In this document: in pieces, positions 1 through 8,649 of the stretch | Layout of the letters: every line of letters starts with the position of its first letter | Position numbering within the stretch: the stretch's first letter is position 1 | Source: Rhodoluna sp. | GTDB lineage: Bacteria > Actinomycetota > Actinomycetes > Actinomycetales > Microbacteriaceae | Reading direction: 5' to 3' | Assembly (NCBI RefSeq): GCF_024641065.1 | Contig: NZ_JAHEDV010000005.1 | Span: forward strand, 8,744 to 72,743 | DNA length: 64,000 nt | Notes under the pieces: model-generated | What the model was told of the DNA's origin: nothing | Databases searched by the model: none | The model's input: the letters and a program-made list of their open reading frames with translations, nothing else | Position numbers and translations under genes: made by a program

Positions 1-678
1 TTTAGCAGGCCCGCCCGCGGCCTCAAGTGCTGCGATTACATAGGACTTAAAGAGTTCTTCATCCAAGATTTTGAAATCATCTGACTTGGAGATTTCTTGA
101 AAAGTTCGGCTCTCGGCGATGTGGGCTATTTCATCTGAGATCAGTGAATCTGTAGGAGAGGTTATCTGAGAACCGCCGTTTGAGCCGCCGAGATAGACCT
201 TGTAGCCGTTATCTTGTGGTGGATTATGCGAAGCCGTAACCATGATGCCGGCGCTTGCCTCGAGGTGTTTGGTTGCAAAGGCCAGCACCGGGGTGGGGGT
301 GTAGTCAGCGAAAAGAAAAGTTTCGATGCCGGCCGCTGCCATGATCTGTGCCGAATCGATAGCGAACACTTTGCTGTTGATTCGACCATCGAAACCAATA
401 ACCACAGACGGTTTTTCGCCGGCTGCCTTGTGCTCGTTCAAGTAGGCAGCGAGCCCAGCCGCAGCTTGCGCAACCGAAACGCGGTTCATTCGGTTTGATC
501 CGGCACCGAGTTGACCCCTCAAACCCGCGGTTCCAAATTTCAGGGGCTTCGACATTCGAGAATCTAATTCCTGAAAGTCTCGATTGTCTATTAGCTTCTG
601 AAGCTCGGATTTTGTGCTCGGGTCAGGGTCTTGGTCAGCCCACCTTTGGGCTGCGCTAAGCAGTGCATCCTGGTTCAT
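1..678 (-). CDS. Phospho-sugar mutase (phosphomannomutase/phosphoglucomutase family). N-terminal 226 codons only; the 3' end lies beyond the window edge.
   Basis: Absent from the ORF track because it runs off the window. The reverse-strand frame opens at ATG 678..676 (MNQDALLSAAQRWADQDPD...) and stays open to position 1. It contains GTAGLRG and the catalytic-serine loop TASHNPPQDNGYK of alpha-D-phosphohexomutases. Track ORFs 162..398(-) and 214..498(+) are out-of-frame shadows. Confidence 0.85.
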   Translation of the reverse strand, partial: MNQDALLSAAQRWADQDPDPSTKSELQKLIDNRDFQELDSRMSKPLKFGTAGLRGQLGAGSNRMNRVSVAQAAAGLAAYLNEHKAAGEKPSVVIGFDGRINSKVFAIDSAQIMAAAGIETFLFADYTPTPVLAFATKHLEASAGIMVTASHNPPQDNGYKVYLGGSNGGSQITSPTDSLISDEIAHIAESRTFQEISKSDDFKILDEELFKSYVIAALEAAGGPAK

Positions 679-680
679 TC

Positions 681-1478
681 TTAAATCCTGTTGATTATCG
701 TGCTTAGTAACTCGCTGATGCGGCTTTCGGCGTCGCGCCCGGCTTGAAGGACCTCATCGTGGCTGAGTGGGGAGGTAGATATTCCGGCTGCCAAATTGGT
801 GATTAGTGAAAGTCCGAGAATCTCTAGGCCAACTGACCTTGCTGCGATTGCTTCGAGGGCGGTTGACATTCCGACTATGTCGCCACCAATAGCCTTGGCC
901 ATCTGCACTTCTGCCGGGGTTTCATACTGTGGGCCGCGAAATTGACAGTAAATTCCCTCGTCTAGGTTTGAGTCGATTTCGCGCGCAAGTTCACGCAACC
1001 GCTTTGAATAAACCTCGCTCATGTCTACAAAATGAGCGCCCTCGAGAGGCGTTTGCCCAGTCAGATTGATGTGATCAGAAATTAGCACCGGTGTGCCTGG
1101 TTTCCAGGCGGAGTTAATTCCTCCCGCTCCGTTTGTCAGAACCAGTGTTTTGGCCCCTGCAGCTGCGGCCGTGCGAACGCCGTGCACTACTGCTGCAACA
1201 CCGCGGCCTTCGTATAGGTGAGTGCGGGCGCCCAAGGCGAGCGCATACTTGCCGCTCTCTAACTTGATTGAACGAATAGTTGACACATGCCCTGGCACCT
1301 CAGGCGCATGGAATCCCGGCAGGTCAGCGGCCGAAATTGTTGCAACGGTCTGGCCGACTAAATCAGCAGCTTTTGCCCAACCCGAACCCAGAACCAGAGC
1401 TATTTCGTGCTGCTCGACACCCGATTTTTCACGGATAATTTCGGCTGCCGCTGTGGCTAGTTCAACTGCGCTGTTCAT
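681..1478 (-). CDS. punA: Purine nucleoside phosphorylase (trimeric PNP family)
   Basis: 265-aa ORF with LGSGW near the N-terminus, THLYEGRG, VLTNGAGG and VGMSTALE blocks typical of PunA/DeoD-type PNP. It ends 3 nt before the mutase start, the same pairing as mycobacterial deoD-pmmB. Confidence 0.9.
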   Translation of the reverse strand: MNSAVELATAAAEIIREKSGVEQHEIALVLGSGWAKAADLVGQTVATISAADLPGFHAPEVPGHVSTIRSIKLESGKYALALGARTHLYEGRGVAAVVHGVRTAAAAGAKTLVLTNGAGGINSAWKPGTPVLISDHINLTGQTPLEGAHFVDMSEVYSKRLRELAREIDSNLDEGIYCQFRGPQYETPAEVQMAKAIGGDIVGMSTALEAIAARSVGLEILGLSLITNLAAGISTSPLSHDEVLQAGRDAESRISELLSTIINRI

Positions 1479-1534
1479 GCCTAGAGTTTAGCGATTGCGC
1501 CCATTGTTCTGGGTAGTGCTGGCAGAATGGTCAG

Positions 1535-2953
1535 GTGAGTAATGCAGAGAAAAAGAAACACCACATCGTAATTATTGGCGGAGGCCCTGGCGGCTATGAA
1601 GCAGCCCTAGCGGGAGTTCAGCTCGGTGCCCAAGTGACCCTGATAGAACGCAACGGTGTGGGTGGAGCTGCGGTACTCACCGATGTCGTGCCTTCAAAGA
1701 CTCTCATCGCTACCGCTGAAGCCGCTCAACGTGTGAGCCATGCAACCACTCTGGGTGTGAAGTTTTCGTTTGCCGGCCAGATCATCAAGCCAAAGGTAGA
1801 AATCGATCTCGGTGTTGTAAATCAGCGCCTTCTAGACCTCGCAGCGAGCCAGTCGTCAGACATGCTCGAGACCTTGATGGCAGCTGGCGTTCGTGTTATC
1901 AACGGCACTGCCCGCTTGGATGGAAACCACCACGTTGTTGTCGACGCCATTGAGGATGGTCGCTCGGAGCGCATGGAGGCTAAAACCATCATCGTTGCAG
2001 TTGGAGCGCATCCGCGTCGGTTGCCTGATGCAATGCCAGACGGGGACCGAATCTTCACTTGGACTCAGCTTTATAACCTGACCGAATTGCCCGAGCACAT
2101 GATTGTTGTTGGTTCTGGCGTAACCGGCGCAGAATTCGCTTCGGCTTACAACGCCCTTGGCAGCGAGGTTACTTTGATCTCAAGCCGCGACAAAGTTTTG
2201 CCAGGTAACGATGACGATGCTGCCGACTTGATTGAGCACGTGTTCCGTCGCAACGGCATCAACATCTATAACAACACCCGCGCCGACAAAGTTGTAAACA
2301 CCGGCCAAGGTGTTGAAGTCACACTCGCCGATGGCAAAGTCATCAAGGGTAGCCACGCACTCATTGCAGTTGGCTCGATTCCAAACACCGAGGGCTTGGG
2401 TCTTGAGGAGGCCGGCGTATCGCTGACCGAATCAGGTCACGTAGAAGTAAACAAGGTGGCCAGAACCTCGCGCGCGAATGTCTACGCAGTAGGTGACTGC
2501 ACCACTTTCTTGCCGCTAGCTTCGGTAAGCGCCATGCAGGGCCGCACGGCGGTCTTTCACACCATGGGTGACGTGTCTGCACCAACCGAGTTGCGCAACG
2601 TGGCCTCAAACGTTTTTACGGCTCCCGAAATCGCATCCGTTGGTTGGAGCGAGAAGGAACTAAACGAGGGCAAGGTTTCAGGTTTTGTTGAGAAAATTCA
2701 GCTGAACACAAACCCTAGAGCCAAGATGCAAGGCATCGAGGATGGTTTCATCAAATTGGTTTGCTCAACCGGTGGCACAGTAATCGGTGGCGTCGTGGTT
2801 GCACCTCGTGCATCAGACCTGATCTACTCAATCGCAGTAGCAATTGAAAATCGCTTGACCGTTGATGAGCTGGCTAAGACCTTTACGGTGTATCCGTCGC
2901 TGTCTGGAACCATCAGCGATGCAGCGCGCGCGTTGCACCGACCAAATATCTAG
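1535..2953 (+). CDS. lpdA: LpdA-type NAD(P)H-quinone/flavoprotein disulfide-reductase-family enzyme lacking the redox-active disulfide
   Basis: 472 aa. It has the FAD dinucleotide fold IVIIGGGPGGYEAAL and a second Rossmann motif VVGSGVTGAEFA. The canonical GGTCLNVGCIPSK site reads GGAAVLTDVVPSK (no Cys). The C-terminal HxxxxE reads YPSLSG. Confidence 0.8.
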   Translation: MSNAEKKKHHIVIIGGGPGGYEAALAGVQLGAQVTLIERNGVGGAAVLTDVVPSKTLIATAEAAQRVSHATTLGVKFSFAGQIIKPKVEIDLGVVNQRLLDLAASQSSDMLETLMAAGVRVINGTARLDGNHHVVVDAIEDGRSERMEAKTIIVAVGAHPRRLPDAMPDGDRIFTWTQLYNLTELPEHMIVVGSGVTGAEFASAYNALGSEVTLISSRDKVLPGNDDDAADLIEHVFRRNGINIYNNTRADKVVNTGQGVEVTLADGKVIKGSHALIAVGSIPNTEGLGLEEAGVSLTESGHVEVNKVARTSRANVYAVGDCTTFLPLASVSAMQGRTAVFHTMGDVSAPTELRNVASNVFTAPEIASVGWSEKELNEGKVSGFVEKIQLNTNPRAKMQGIEDGFIKLVCSTGGTVIGGVVVAPRASDLIYSIAVAIENRLTVDELAKTFTVYPSLSGTISDAARALHRPNI

Positions 2954-2961
2954 CCGAAAAC

Positions 2962-4761
2962 TTAGTCTTCGAACTCTAGAAGCACAGTTCCAGCTGGGAT
3001 GGTCTCGCCGACCACAGCTGAGATTGACTTGATGATGCCAGTCTTGTGAGCATTCATTGGCTGCTCCATCTTCATGGCTTCAAGCACAACTACTAGGTCG
3101 CCCTCTTGAACCGAGTCGCCAACCGATACGGCAATCTTGACAACTGTTGACTGCATAGGTGCCTTCAACGCGTTGCCAGAAGCGCCGCTGTTAGAAGAAG
3201 CTGAACCGTGAGACTTGCGCTTTGGGGCATGGCCAGCAACTGCAGGGCCAGCAACAGAGGCGCCAGCGGCTAGCAAACGCTTAGGAAGTGAAACTTCAAT
3301 TCGCTTGCCGTCAACCTCGACTACAACGTTGTTTCGTTCAGCGAGATCGGCCGCAGGCTCTGCAACACCTGACCATGCAGGAATGTCGTTGACCCATTCG
3401 GTTTCAATCCAGCGGGTGTAAATGCCGAAAGTGTTTGTGTTGTGATCGCCAATAAAAGCAGGGTCATTCACGATTTTGCGGTGGAACGGAAGCACGGTTG
3501 GTAGACCGGCGACTTCCATCTCAGCAAGCGCACGACGGGAACGAGCAAGTGCTTCGGCACGAGTTGCGCCGGTAACAATCAACTTGGCAATCATCGAGTC
3601 AAATGAACCCGAAATCTCGTCGCCAGCGCCAACACCGGTGTCAACGCGAACGCCTGGGCCAGATGGAGCCTTGAAAACGTGCACTGGTCCGGGTGCCGGC
3701 ATAAAGTTGCGGCCAGCATCCTCGCCGTTGATGCGGAACTCAAAAGAGTGGCCCTTCACGACAGGGTCTGGATAATCCAAGACACCACCCTCGGCGAGGC
3801 GGAACTGCTCGCGAACCAAGTCAAGGCCAGTGACCTCTTCAGAAACTGGGTGCTCAACCTGCAAGCGAGTGTTGACCTCAAGGAACGAGATCGTTCCATC
3901 TTGGGCAACCAAGAATTCACAAGTGCCGGCGCCTTGGTAGCCAACCTCTTTAAGAATGGCCTTGGATGATTCGTAAAGGCGGCGGTTCTGCTCTTCGGTT
4001 AGGAACGGTGCCGGCGCTTCTTCGACTAGTTTTTGGTGGCGACGCTGAAGTGAGCAGTCGCGGGTTGAAACCACAACAACGTTGCCGTAAGCATCGGCAA
4101 GACACTGGGTTTCAACGTGGCGAGGCTTTTCTAGGTATTTTTCAACGAAGCATTCACCGCGACCGAAAGCGGCGATTGCTTCACGGGTAGCTGACTCGAA
4201 TAGTTCGGCAACTTCTTCAGTTTTGTAGGCCACCTTGATTCCGCGGCCACCGCCACCGAAAGCTGCCTTGATAGCAACCGGAAGACCGTGCTGCGCCACA
4301 AACTCGAGAACTTCTTCAGCACCAGAAACTGGGTCAAGGGTTCCTGGGGCAAGCGGGGCGCCTGCTTTTTCAGCAACGTGACGGGCAGAAACCTTGTCGC
4401 CAAGTTGATCGATTGCCTTTGGTGATGGGCCGATCCAAATCATGCCTGCATCAATTACAGCCTGTGCGAATGCAGCGTTTTCTGCCAAGAATCCGTATCC
4501 AGGGTGAACTGCGTCGGCGCCTGACTTTTTGGCTACGCCCAAAATTTTGTCAATTACCAGGTAGGTTTCTGGTCCGGTGGTGCCGTGCAGGGCATAGGCC
4601 TCGTCGGCAAGCTTCACGTGCATGGCATCGCGGTCTTGGTCAGCGTAAACGGCTACCGAAAGAATTCCGGCATCCTTGGCAGCTCGTGCAATGCGAACGG
4701 CAATCTCACCGCGGTTAGCGATTAGTACTTTTGTGATTTTCTTCTGCGTAGATGAAGTCAT
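2962..4761 (-). CDS. accA: Acetyl/propionyl-CoA carboxylase alpha subunit (biotin carboxylase + biotin carboxyl carrier domain)
   Basis: N-terminus [17 protein letters not shown], an ATP-grasp core, and a C-terminal biotinyl domain with EAMKME. I prefer ATG 4761 (GGGA a few nt upstream) to the track's alternative start at 4770. Confidence 0.93.
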   Translation of the reverse strand: MTSSTQKKITKVLIANRGEIAVRIARAAKDAGILSVAVYADQDRDAMHVKLADEAYALHGTTGPETYLVIDKILGVAKKSGADAVHPGYGFLAENAAFAQAVIDAGMIWIGPSPKAIDQLGDKVSARHVAEKAGAPLAPGTLDPVSGAEEVLEFVAQHGLPVAIKAAFGGGGRGIKVAYKTEEVAELFESATREAIAAFGRGECFVEKYLEKPRHVETQCLADAYGNVVVVSTRDCSLQRRHQKLVEEAPAPFLTEEQNRRLYESSKAILKEVGYQGAGTCEFLVAQDGTISFLEVNTRLQVEHPVSEEVTGLDLVREQFRLAEGGVLDYPDPVVKGHSFEFRINGEDAGRNFMPAPGPVHVFKAPSGPGVRVDTGVGAGDEISGSFDSMIAKLIVTGATRAEALARSRRALAEMEVAGLPTVLPFHRKIVNDPAFIGDHNTNTFGIYTRWIETEWVNDIPAWSGVAEPAADLAERNNVVVEVDGKRIEVSLPKRLLAAGASVAGPAVAGHAPKRKSHGSASSNSGASGNALKAPMQSTVVKIAVSVGDSVQEGDLVVVLEAMKMEQPMNAHKTGIIKSISAVVGETIPAGTVLLEFED

Positions 4762-4780
4762 AATTCCCAAGCCTATTGGC

Positions 4781-4796
4781 TAAAAACCGGTTTTTA
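4781..4796. repeat. Perfect 16-bp palindrome TAAAAACCGGTTTTTA flanked by direct TATTGGC repeats (4774..4780, 4795..4801); function unknown
   Basis: Read directly from the sequence. It lies about 20 bp upstream of the accA start and about 90 bp downstream of the maf stop. Confidence 0.6.
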
Positions 4797-4884
4797 TTGG
4801 CCATCAATCACAAAAAAATTACAAATCTACTGTGAAAGTTGCCATAGTCGACTAGCAAAGGTCGAGCCATGTTGGCTGCTTTGA

Positions 4885-5529
4885 CTATCGGTCGATGTTC
4901 CACAGCGAGGTGTATTCAACGCCGAGACTCAAAACAAGCTCGCGAAGAGTAGGTAGCGATAGGCCAATCACCGTGTGTGCATCACCCTCGATAGCCTTCA
5001 AGAAGGCCCCGCCAAGGCCGTCGATGGTGAATGCTCCAGCAACTTTTAGAGGTTCTCCGGTTTGCACATAGGCATCGATCTCTCGCTCACTCAGATTTGC
5101 AAAATGAACGATTGCACTCGAAACCGAGCCGACAGCCACCTGAGTTTGTGGCGATTCGGGTGACCTGTTGTCGATTACCCAGTGGCCTGAATAAAGGGAG
5201 CCAGACTTACCGCGCATGGCTAGCCAGCGTTGTCTTGCGATTTCTGCCTGGTGGGGCTTGCCGAGTGCCTCGCCGTTAAATTCCAAGGATGAATCGCAGC
5301 CAATGATTAGCGCGTTTTGTGCATCCGGGTGGTGAATCACTGCCTCAGCTTTGGCTCGGGCCAATAACTGAACCATGTCTGCAGTATTTTGAATGCGGCC
5401 ATCGGCGAGAGCTTCTGCGGTGAGTGAATCTTCATCCACTCCCGGAGAAATCGTGATTGGGTCGATTCCGCCGGCCCTCAGCAGGGCAAGGCGAGCGGGA
5501 GAAGTAGATGCAAGAACTAAACGAGTCAC
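4885..5529 (-). CDS. maf: Maf-like nucleoside triphosphate pyrophosphatase / septum formation protein
   Basis: LVLASTSPARLALLRAGGI at the N-terminus and a Maf-like body (IIGCDS, GKP, YSGH, GAFTIDG). The track ORF extends to 5625, but that part overlaps the divergent gene and has no Maf similarity. GTG 5529 chosen. Confidence 0.85.
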   Translation of the reverse strand: MTRLVLASTSPARLALLRAGGIDPITISPGVDEDSLTAEALADGRIQNTADMVQLLARAKAEAVIHHPDAQNALIIGCDSSLEFNGEALGKPHQAEIARQRWLAMRGKSGSLYSGHWVIDNRSPESPQTQVAVGSVSSAIVHFANLSEREIDAYVQTGEPLKVAGAFTIDGLGGAFLKAIEGDAHTVIGLSLPTLRELVLSLGVEYTSLWNIDR

Positions 5530-5554
5530 ACCGATACTCTGGCACACTTGTCTG

Positions 5555-6793
5555 GTGAGTAAAACTACAAACTGGGTCGGCCAGAATCTTGAACTAACCA
5601 TCGAAAAGGTTGCCCACGGCGGCATCTTTGTTGCACGCCACGACGGAAGAGTGATTTTTGTGTCACACGTGTTGCCTGGTGAAAAGGTGAAGGCTGTGGT
5701 TTATGAAGACCGTGGCGGTTCATTCTGTCGTGCTGAGCCAACTGAAATTCTCGTAGCCTCACCAGATCGAGTCACTCATTTTTGGAAGCAGGCTGGCCCA
5801 GGCGGAGCCGGTGGCGCCGAGTTTGGTCACATCAAGTTAGCTCGCCAGCGTTCTCTAAAAGAGGATGTCATCGAAGAGGCGCTTGACCGCATGGCGGGAA
5901 TCAAGCTTCGCCCGACCGTTGAAGCGGCCCCTGGCGATGACGAGGCCAATGGCTTGCACTATCGAACCCGAGTTCAACTTCACGTGGATGAGGCCGGCAC
6001 TGTAGGTCCATATCGTGAACGCAGCCACGAGGTCATCAAGGTGCGAGACCTGCCTCTTGCGGTAGACGAGATTCGCGAACTCGAAATGCAAAACAAAAAC
6101 TTTCAAGATGTTCGCAAAATCGAAGTTTCTGCATCGAGCACCGGCCAGGTTCAGTGGCGAATTGACAACAAGGTAAAGGGCGATGAGCGTCTCGTTGAGC
6201 GCGCAGCTGGTCGAACCTTCAGAATCAGCGGTGGCGGTTTTTGGCAGGTTCACAAAAAAGCCGCAGACGTACTTGCAGCATGTGTAATCGATATGGTTGC
6301 TGCAGTCGGAATCGACAAGGAGGCTGACAACCTGGACCTTTATGGTGGTGTCGGCCTGTTTACCAGCGCTCTCGCCGGAAAGTTTGGTAAAGACCTGCGA
6401 ATGACATCAGTCGAGTCATTCCGACAGGCAACTGACGATGCGACATTGAACCTTTCAGATCTTTCAAAGGTCAAAGCTGTTTGTGCACCCGTTGAGCGAT
6501 TCTTGAACGAGAAAGTCGGAAACCGCGACAAAGGCGGCAAGCCTGCGAGCCCAAGTGCCGCGACTGTTGTGCTTGACCCGCCTCGCGCAGGTGCAGGCGC
6601 GAAGGTTGTTGACCAGTTGCTTGCAGTCGGGCCAAACCACATCATCTATGTGGCTTGTGACCCAGTGGCTTTGGCTCGCGACCTGAAGCAGTTCATTGCC
6701 GGCGGTTATGAACTAAAGCAATTGCGCGCCTTCGACCTGTTCCCTCACACTCACCACGTAGAAGCCGTGGCAAGTTTGGTGCGAAAGAAGTAA
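5555..6793 (+). CDS. TRAM-domain class I SAM-dependent RNA (uracil-5)-methyltransferase, RlmD/TrmA-like
   Basis: TRAM-like N-terminus (LELTIEKVAHGGIFVARHDGRVIFVSHVLPGEKV). SAM-MTase motifs LDLYGGVGLF, VVLDPPRAG and IIYVACDP. GTG 5555 chosen as start; the upstream part of the track ORF is antisense to maf. Confidence 0.8.
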   Translation: MSKTTNWVGQNLELTIEKVAHGGIFVARHDGRVIFVSHVLPGEKVKAVVYEDRGGSFCRAEPTEILVASPDRVTHFWKQAGPGGAGGAEFGHIKLARQRSLKEDVIEEALDRMAGIKLRPTVEAAPGDDEANGLHYRTRVQLHVDEAGTVGPYRERSHEVIKVRDLPLAVDEIRELEMQNKNFQDVRKIEVSASSTGQVQWRIDNKVKGDERLVERAAGRTFRISGGGFWQVHKKAADVLAACVIDMVAAVGIDKEADNLDLYGGVGLFTSALAGKFGKDLRMTSVESFRQATDDATLNLSDLSKVKAVCAPVERFLNEKVGNRDKGGKPASPSAATVVLDPPRAGAGAKVVDQLLAVGPNHIIYVACDPVALARDLKQFIAGGYELKQLRAFDLFPHTHHVEAVASLVRKK

Positions 6794-6796
6794 TCG

Positions 6797-7456
6797 ATGC
6801 CACCGTCACAGCGAGAAATCTGTGTGGCTATCGTCGATGACCACGATGCCATTCGTTTTGCGTTCAAAGGCGCCTGCGAGGAGTATGGCCTCAGGTTTTG
6901 CGGTTCTGCAGCGACCGTTAGTGATTTGATCGACAAACGCGAAGTGCTTGGTTGCGATGTTGTGGTGCTGGATCTATCGCTAGCCGATGGTTCGATCATC
7001 ACCGATAACGTGAAAGCTTTGTTGGCTGCACAAACCCAGGTTTTGGTATTCAGCATCGCCGACAAAAGACACCAGGTTGCGGCAGCGCTGAAGGCTGGCG
7101 CGGCGGCGTTGGTGAGAAAATCACAAAGCATGGATGAGTTGGTCTCGGCAATTAAGCAGGTTGCGGCAGGTCAAGTGGTAAACAACACCGAGACATCAGC
7201 GGTGATTGATGCCGACGTCTCGTTCAAAGAAGAAGCAAACCTGTCACCACGCGAACGTGAGGTTCTTTCGCTTTATGCCTCTGGATTCGCACTCAAGCAG
7301 GTAGCGCACGAATTGAAAATTTCTGACAGCACTGCCAAGGAATATATCGATCGCGTTCGAATCAAGTATTCGAGTGTTGGACGTCCTACTTCGTCAAAAA
7401 CGGATCTGCTTCTTCGTGCCATTGAAGACGGAATCATCGATGAGGGTCAGCCATGA
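6797..7456 (+). CDS. Two-component response regulator, NarL/LuxR family
   Basis: Receiver domain (VAIVDDHDAIR, VVVLDLSLADG) plus a C-terminal GerE/LuxR HTH (LSPREREVLSLYASGFALKQVAHELKISDSTAKEYIDRVRIKY). It starts 3 nt after the preceding stop. Confidence 0.9.
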   Translation: MPPSQREICVAIVDDHDAIRFAFKGACEEYGLRFCGSAATVSDLIDKREVLGCDVVVLDLSLADGSIITDNVKALLAAQTQVLVFSIADKRHQVAAALKAGAAALVRKSQSMDELVSAIKQVAAGQVVNNTETSAVIDADVSFKEEANLSPREREVLSLYASGFALKQVAHELKISDSTAKEYIDRVRIKYSSVGRPTSSKTDLLLRAIEDGIIDEGQP

Positions 7457-8649
7457 GAGTGAAGCTCTTTCGCGCCCGTAAAAATAAAAGTTTTGCGGTC
7501 ACTCGAATCACTAAGGTGACCTCGAGGGTACTTTCGATTGGTTTGCTGATTTCGAGCGTCGAAATCTACATGAATGCTTTTGCTCAGTTGCCAGTCTTGG
7601 GAACCATCTGGGCCCTGGTTGCAATTTCTCTGCACGGAATAGCTTTGGTGGCGGTTGTCTACAGCGCTTGGTTTACCGAAAACCCAAGAACCGGGCAATT
7701 GACCTATGCAGCAGTCTCGGCCCTAATACTGATCTTCTGGCAACTGCAGGTAGCTGACGCTGGCGCACTGCCACCTGGTTTTCATCCATGGGTTTGGTGG
7801 GTAATTGGTTCGGCGGCAATTACTGCTGCGCTTTCGCTACCGATTGCATTTGGCAGCTTTTATCTCTTTGGTGTGCCTTTGATTTGGTATTTCATTTACC
7901 AGTCTGCCGAAGGTGGATCGGCCGAGGCGTTTTCGGCTGCGAAGGACTCGGTCTACACCTTGCTTTTCAGTAGCTGTTTTTCGCTTCTTCTGCTTCTGCT
8001 TCGATTTGAAGCTGAAAAGGTCGACCTAGCCAACCAAGAGGCCTCGCGGGCCGAGGTTGAGCGAGCTGCAATCGATGCGGTTGAACAAGAGCGAGCACGT
8101 GTGGATTCATTGGTTCATGACAAGGTTCTGACCACCCTTTTGGTTGGGGCGAATGCTCGCACTGATGACGAAATTGTTGAGGCGCGTACGCTAGCTAAAA
8201 CTGCGATTCGTGCTCTTGAAAGTGACATGTCGTCAACTTACCAAAATGAAGATGCCATCACCGTTTGGAGTTTCTTCGGTGCAATCATGGACTCGGTTCG
8301 ATCAGTATTCGCTGGCGTTTTGGTCAAAGAATCAGGCGCAAGCGACTTATCTGTTCCAGGTGATGTAGCAGAGGCATTGACTGAGGCAACTTTTCAGGCA
8401 GTCACCAACGCCATTCAACATGCTGGGCCAGGCGCCGAAACAGTTGTTCGGTTGAAAGGAACTCCGCACGGGGTAAAGATCGTTATCAAGGATGACGGCC
8501 GCGGATTCAGAGTTTCTCGAGTGCCTAAAACACGACTTGGCCTAAGGCTTTCAATCATCAACCGAGTGGAGTCTGTCGGTGGCAAGGTTCGAATTGACTC
8601 GGGCCCAGGCCGGGGAACCGCAATCATTTTGGATTGGATTGCCAAATGA
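7453..8649 (+). CDS. Polytopic sensor histidine kinase (HisKA_3-like H box + HATPase_c)
   Basis: About six predicted TM helices, then ERARVDSLVHDKVLTTL (H box), TNAIQHAGPG (N box), DDGRGF and GLRLSIINRVESVGG (G boxes). ATGA overlap with the regulator gene. Confidence 0.85.
   Translation: MRVKLFRARKNKSFAVTRITKVTSRVLSIGLLISSVEIYMNAFAQLPVLGTIWALVAISLHGIALVAVVYSAWFTENPRTGQLTYAAVSALILIFWQLQVADAGALPPGFHPWVWWVIGSAAITAALSLPIAFGSFYLFGVPLIWYFIYQSAEGGSAEAFSAAKDSVYTLLFSSCFSLLLLLLRFEAEKVDLANQEASRAEVERAAIDAVEQERARVDSLVHDKVLTTLLVGANARTDDEIVEARTLAKTAIRALESDMSSTYQNEDAITVWSFFGAIMDSVRSVFAGVLVKESGASDLSVPGDVAEALTEATFQAVTNAIQHAGPGAETVVRLKGTPHGVKIVIKDDGRGFRVSRVPKTRLGLRLSIINRVESVGGKVRIDSGPGRGTAIILDWIAK

Noticed and set aside
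162-498. Track ORFs 162..398(-) and 214..498(+) at the left edge
   Set aside because: Both are out of frame with a much better reverse-strand reading frame. That frame spans 678..1 and carries unmistakable phosphohexomutase motifs (TASHNP). They are shadow ORFs.
5530-5625. 5' extension of the maf ORF (MPPWATFSMVSSRF...) and the matching 5393..5554 extension of the methyltransferase ORF
   Set aside because: The extensions overlap each other on opposite strands and have no similarity to the respective families. Plausible GTG starts exist at 5529 and 5555.
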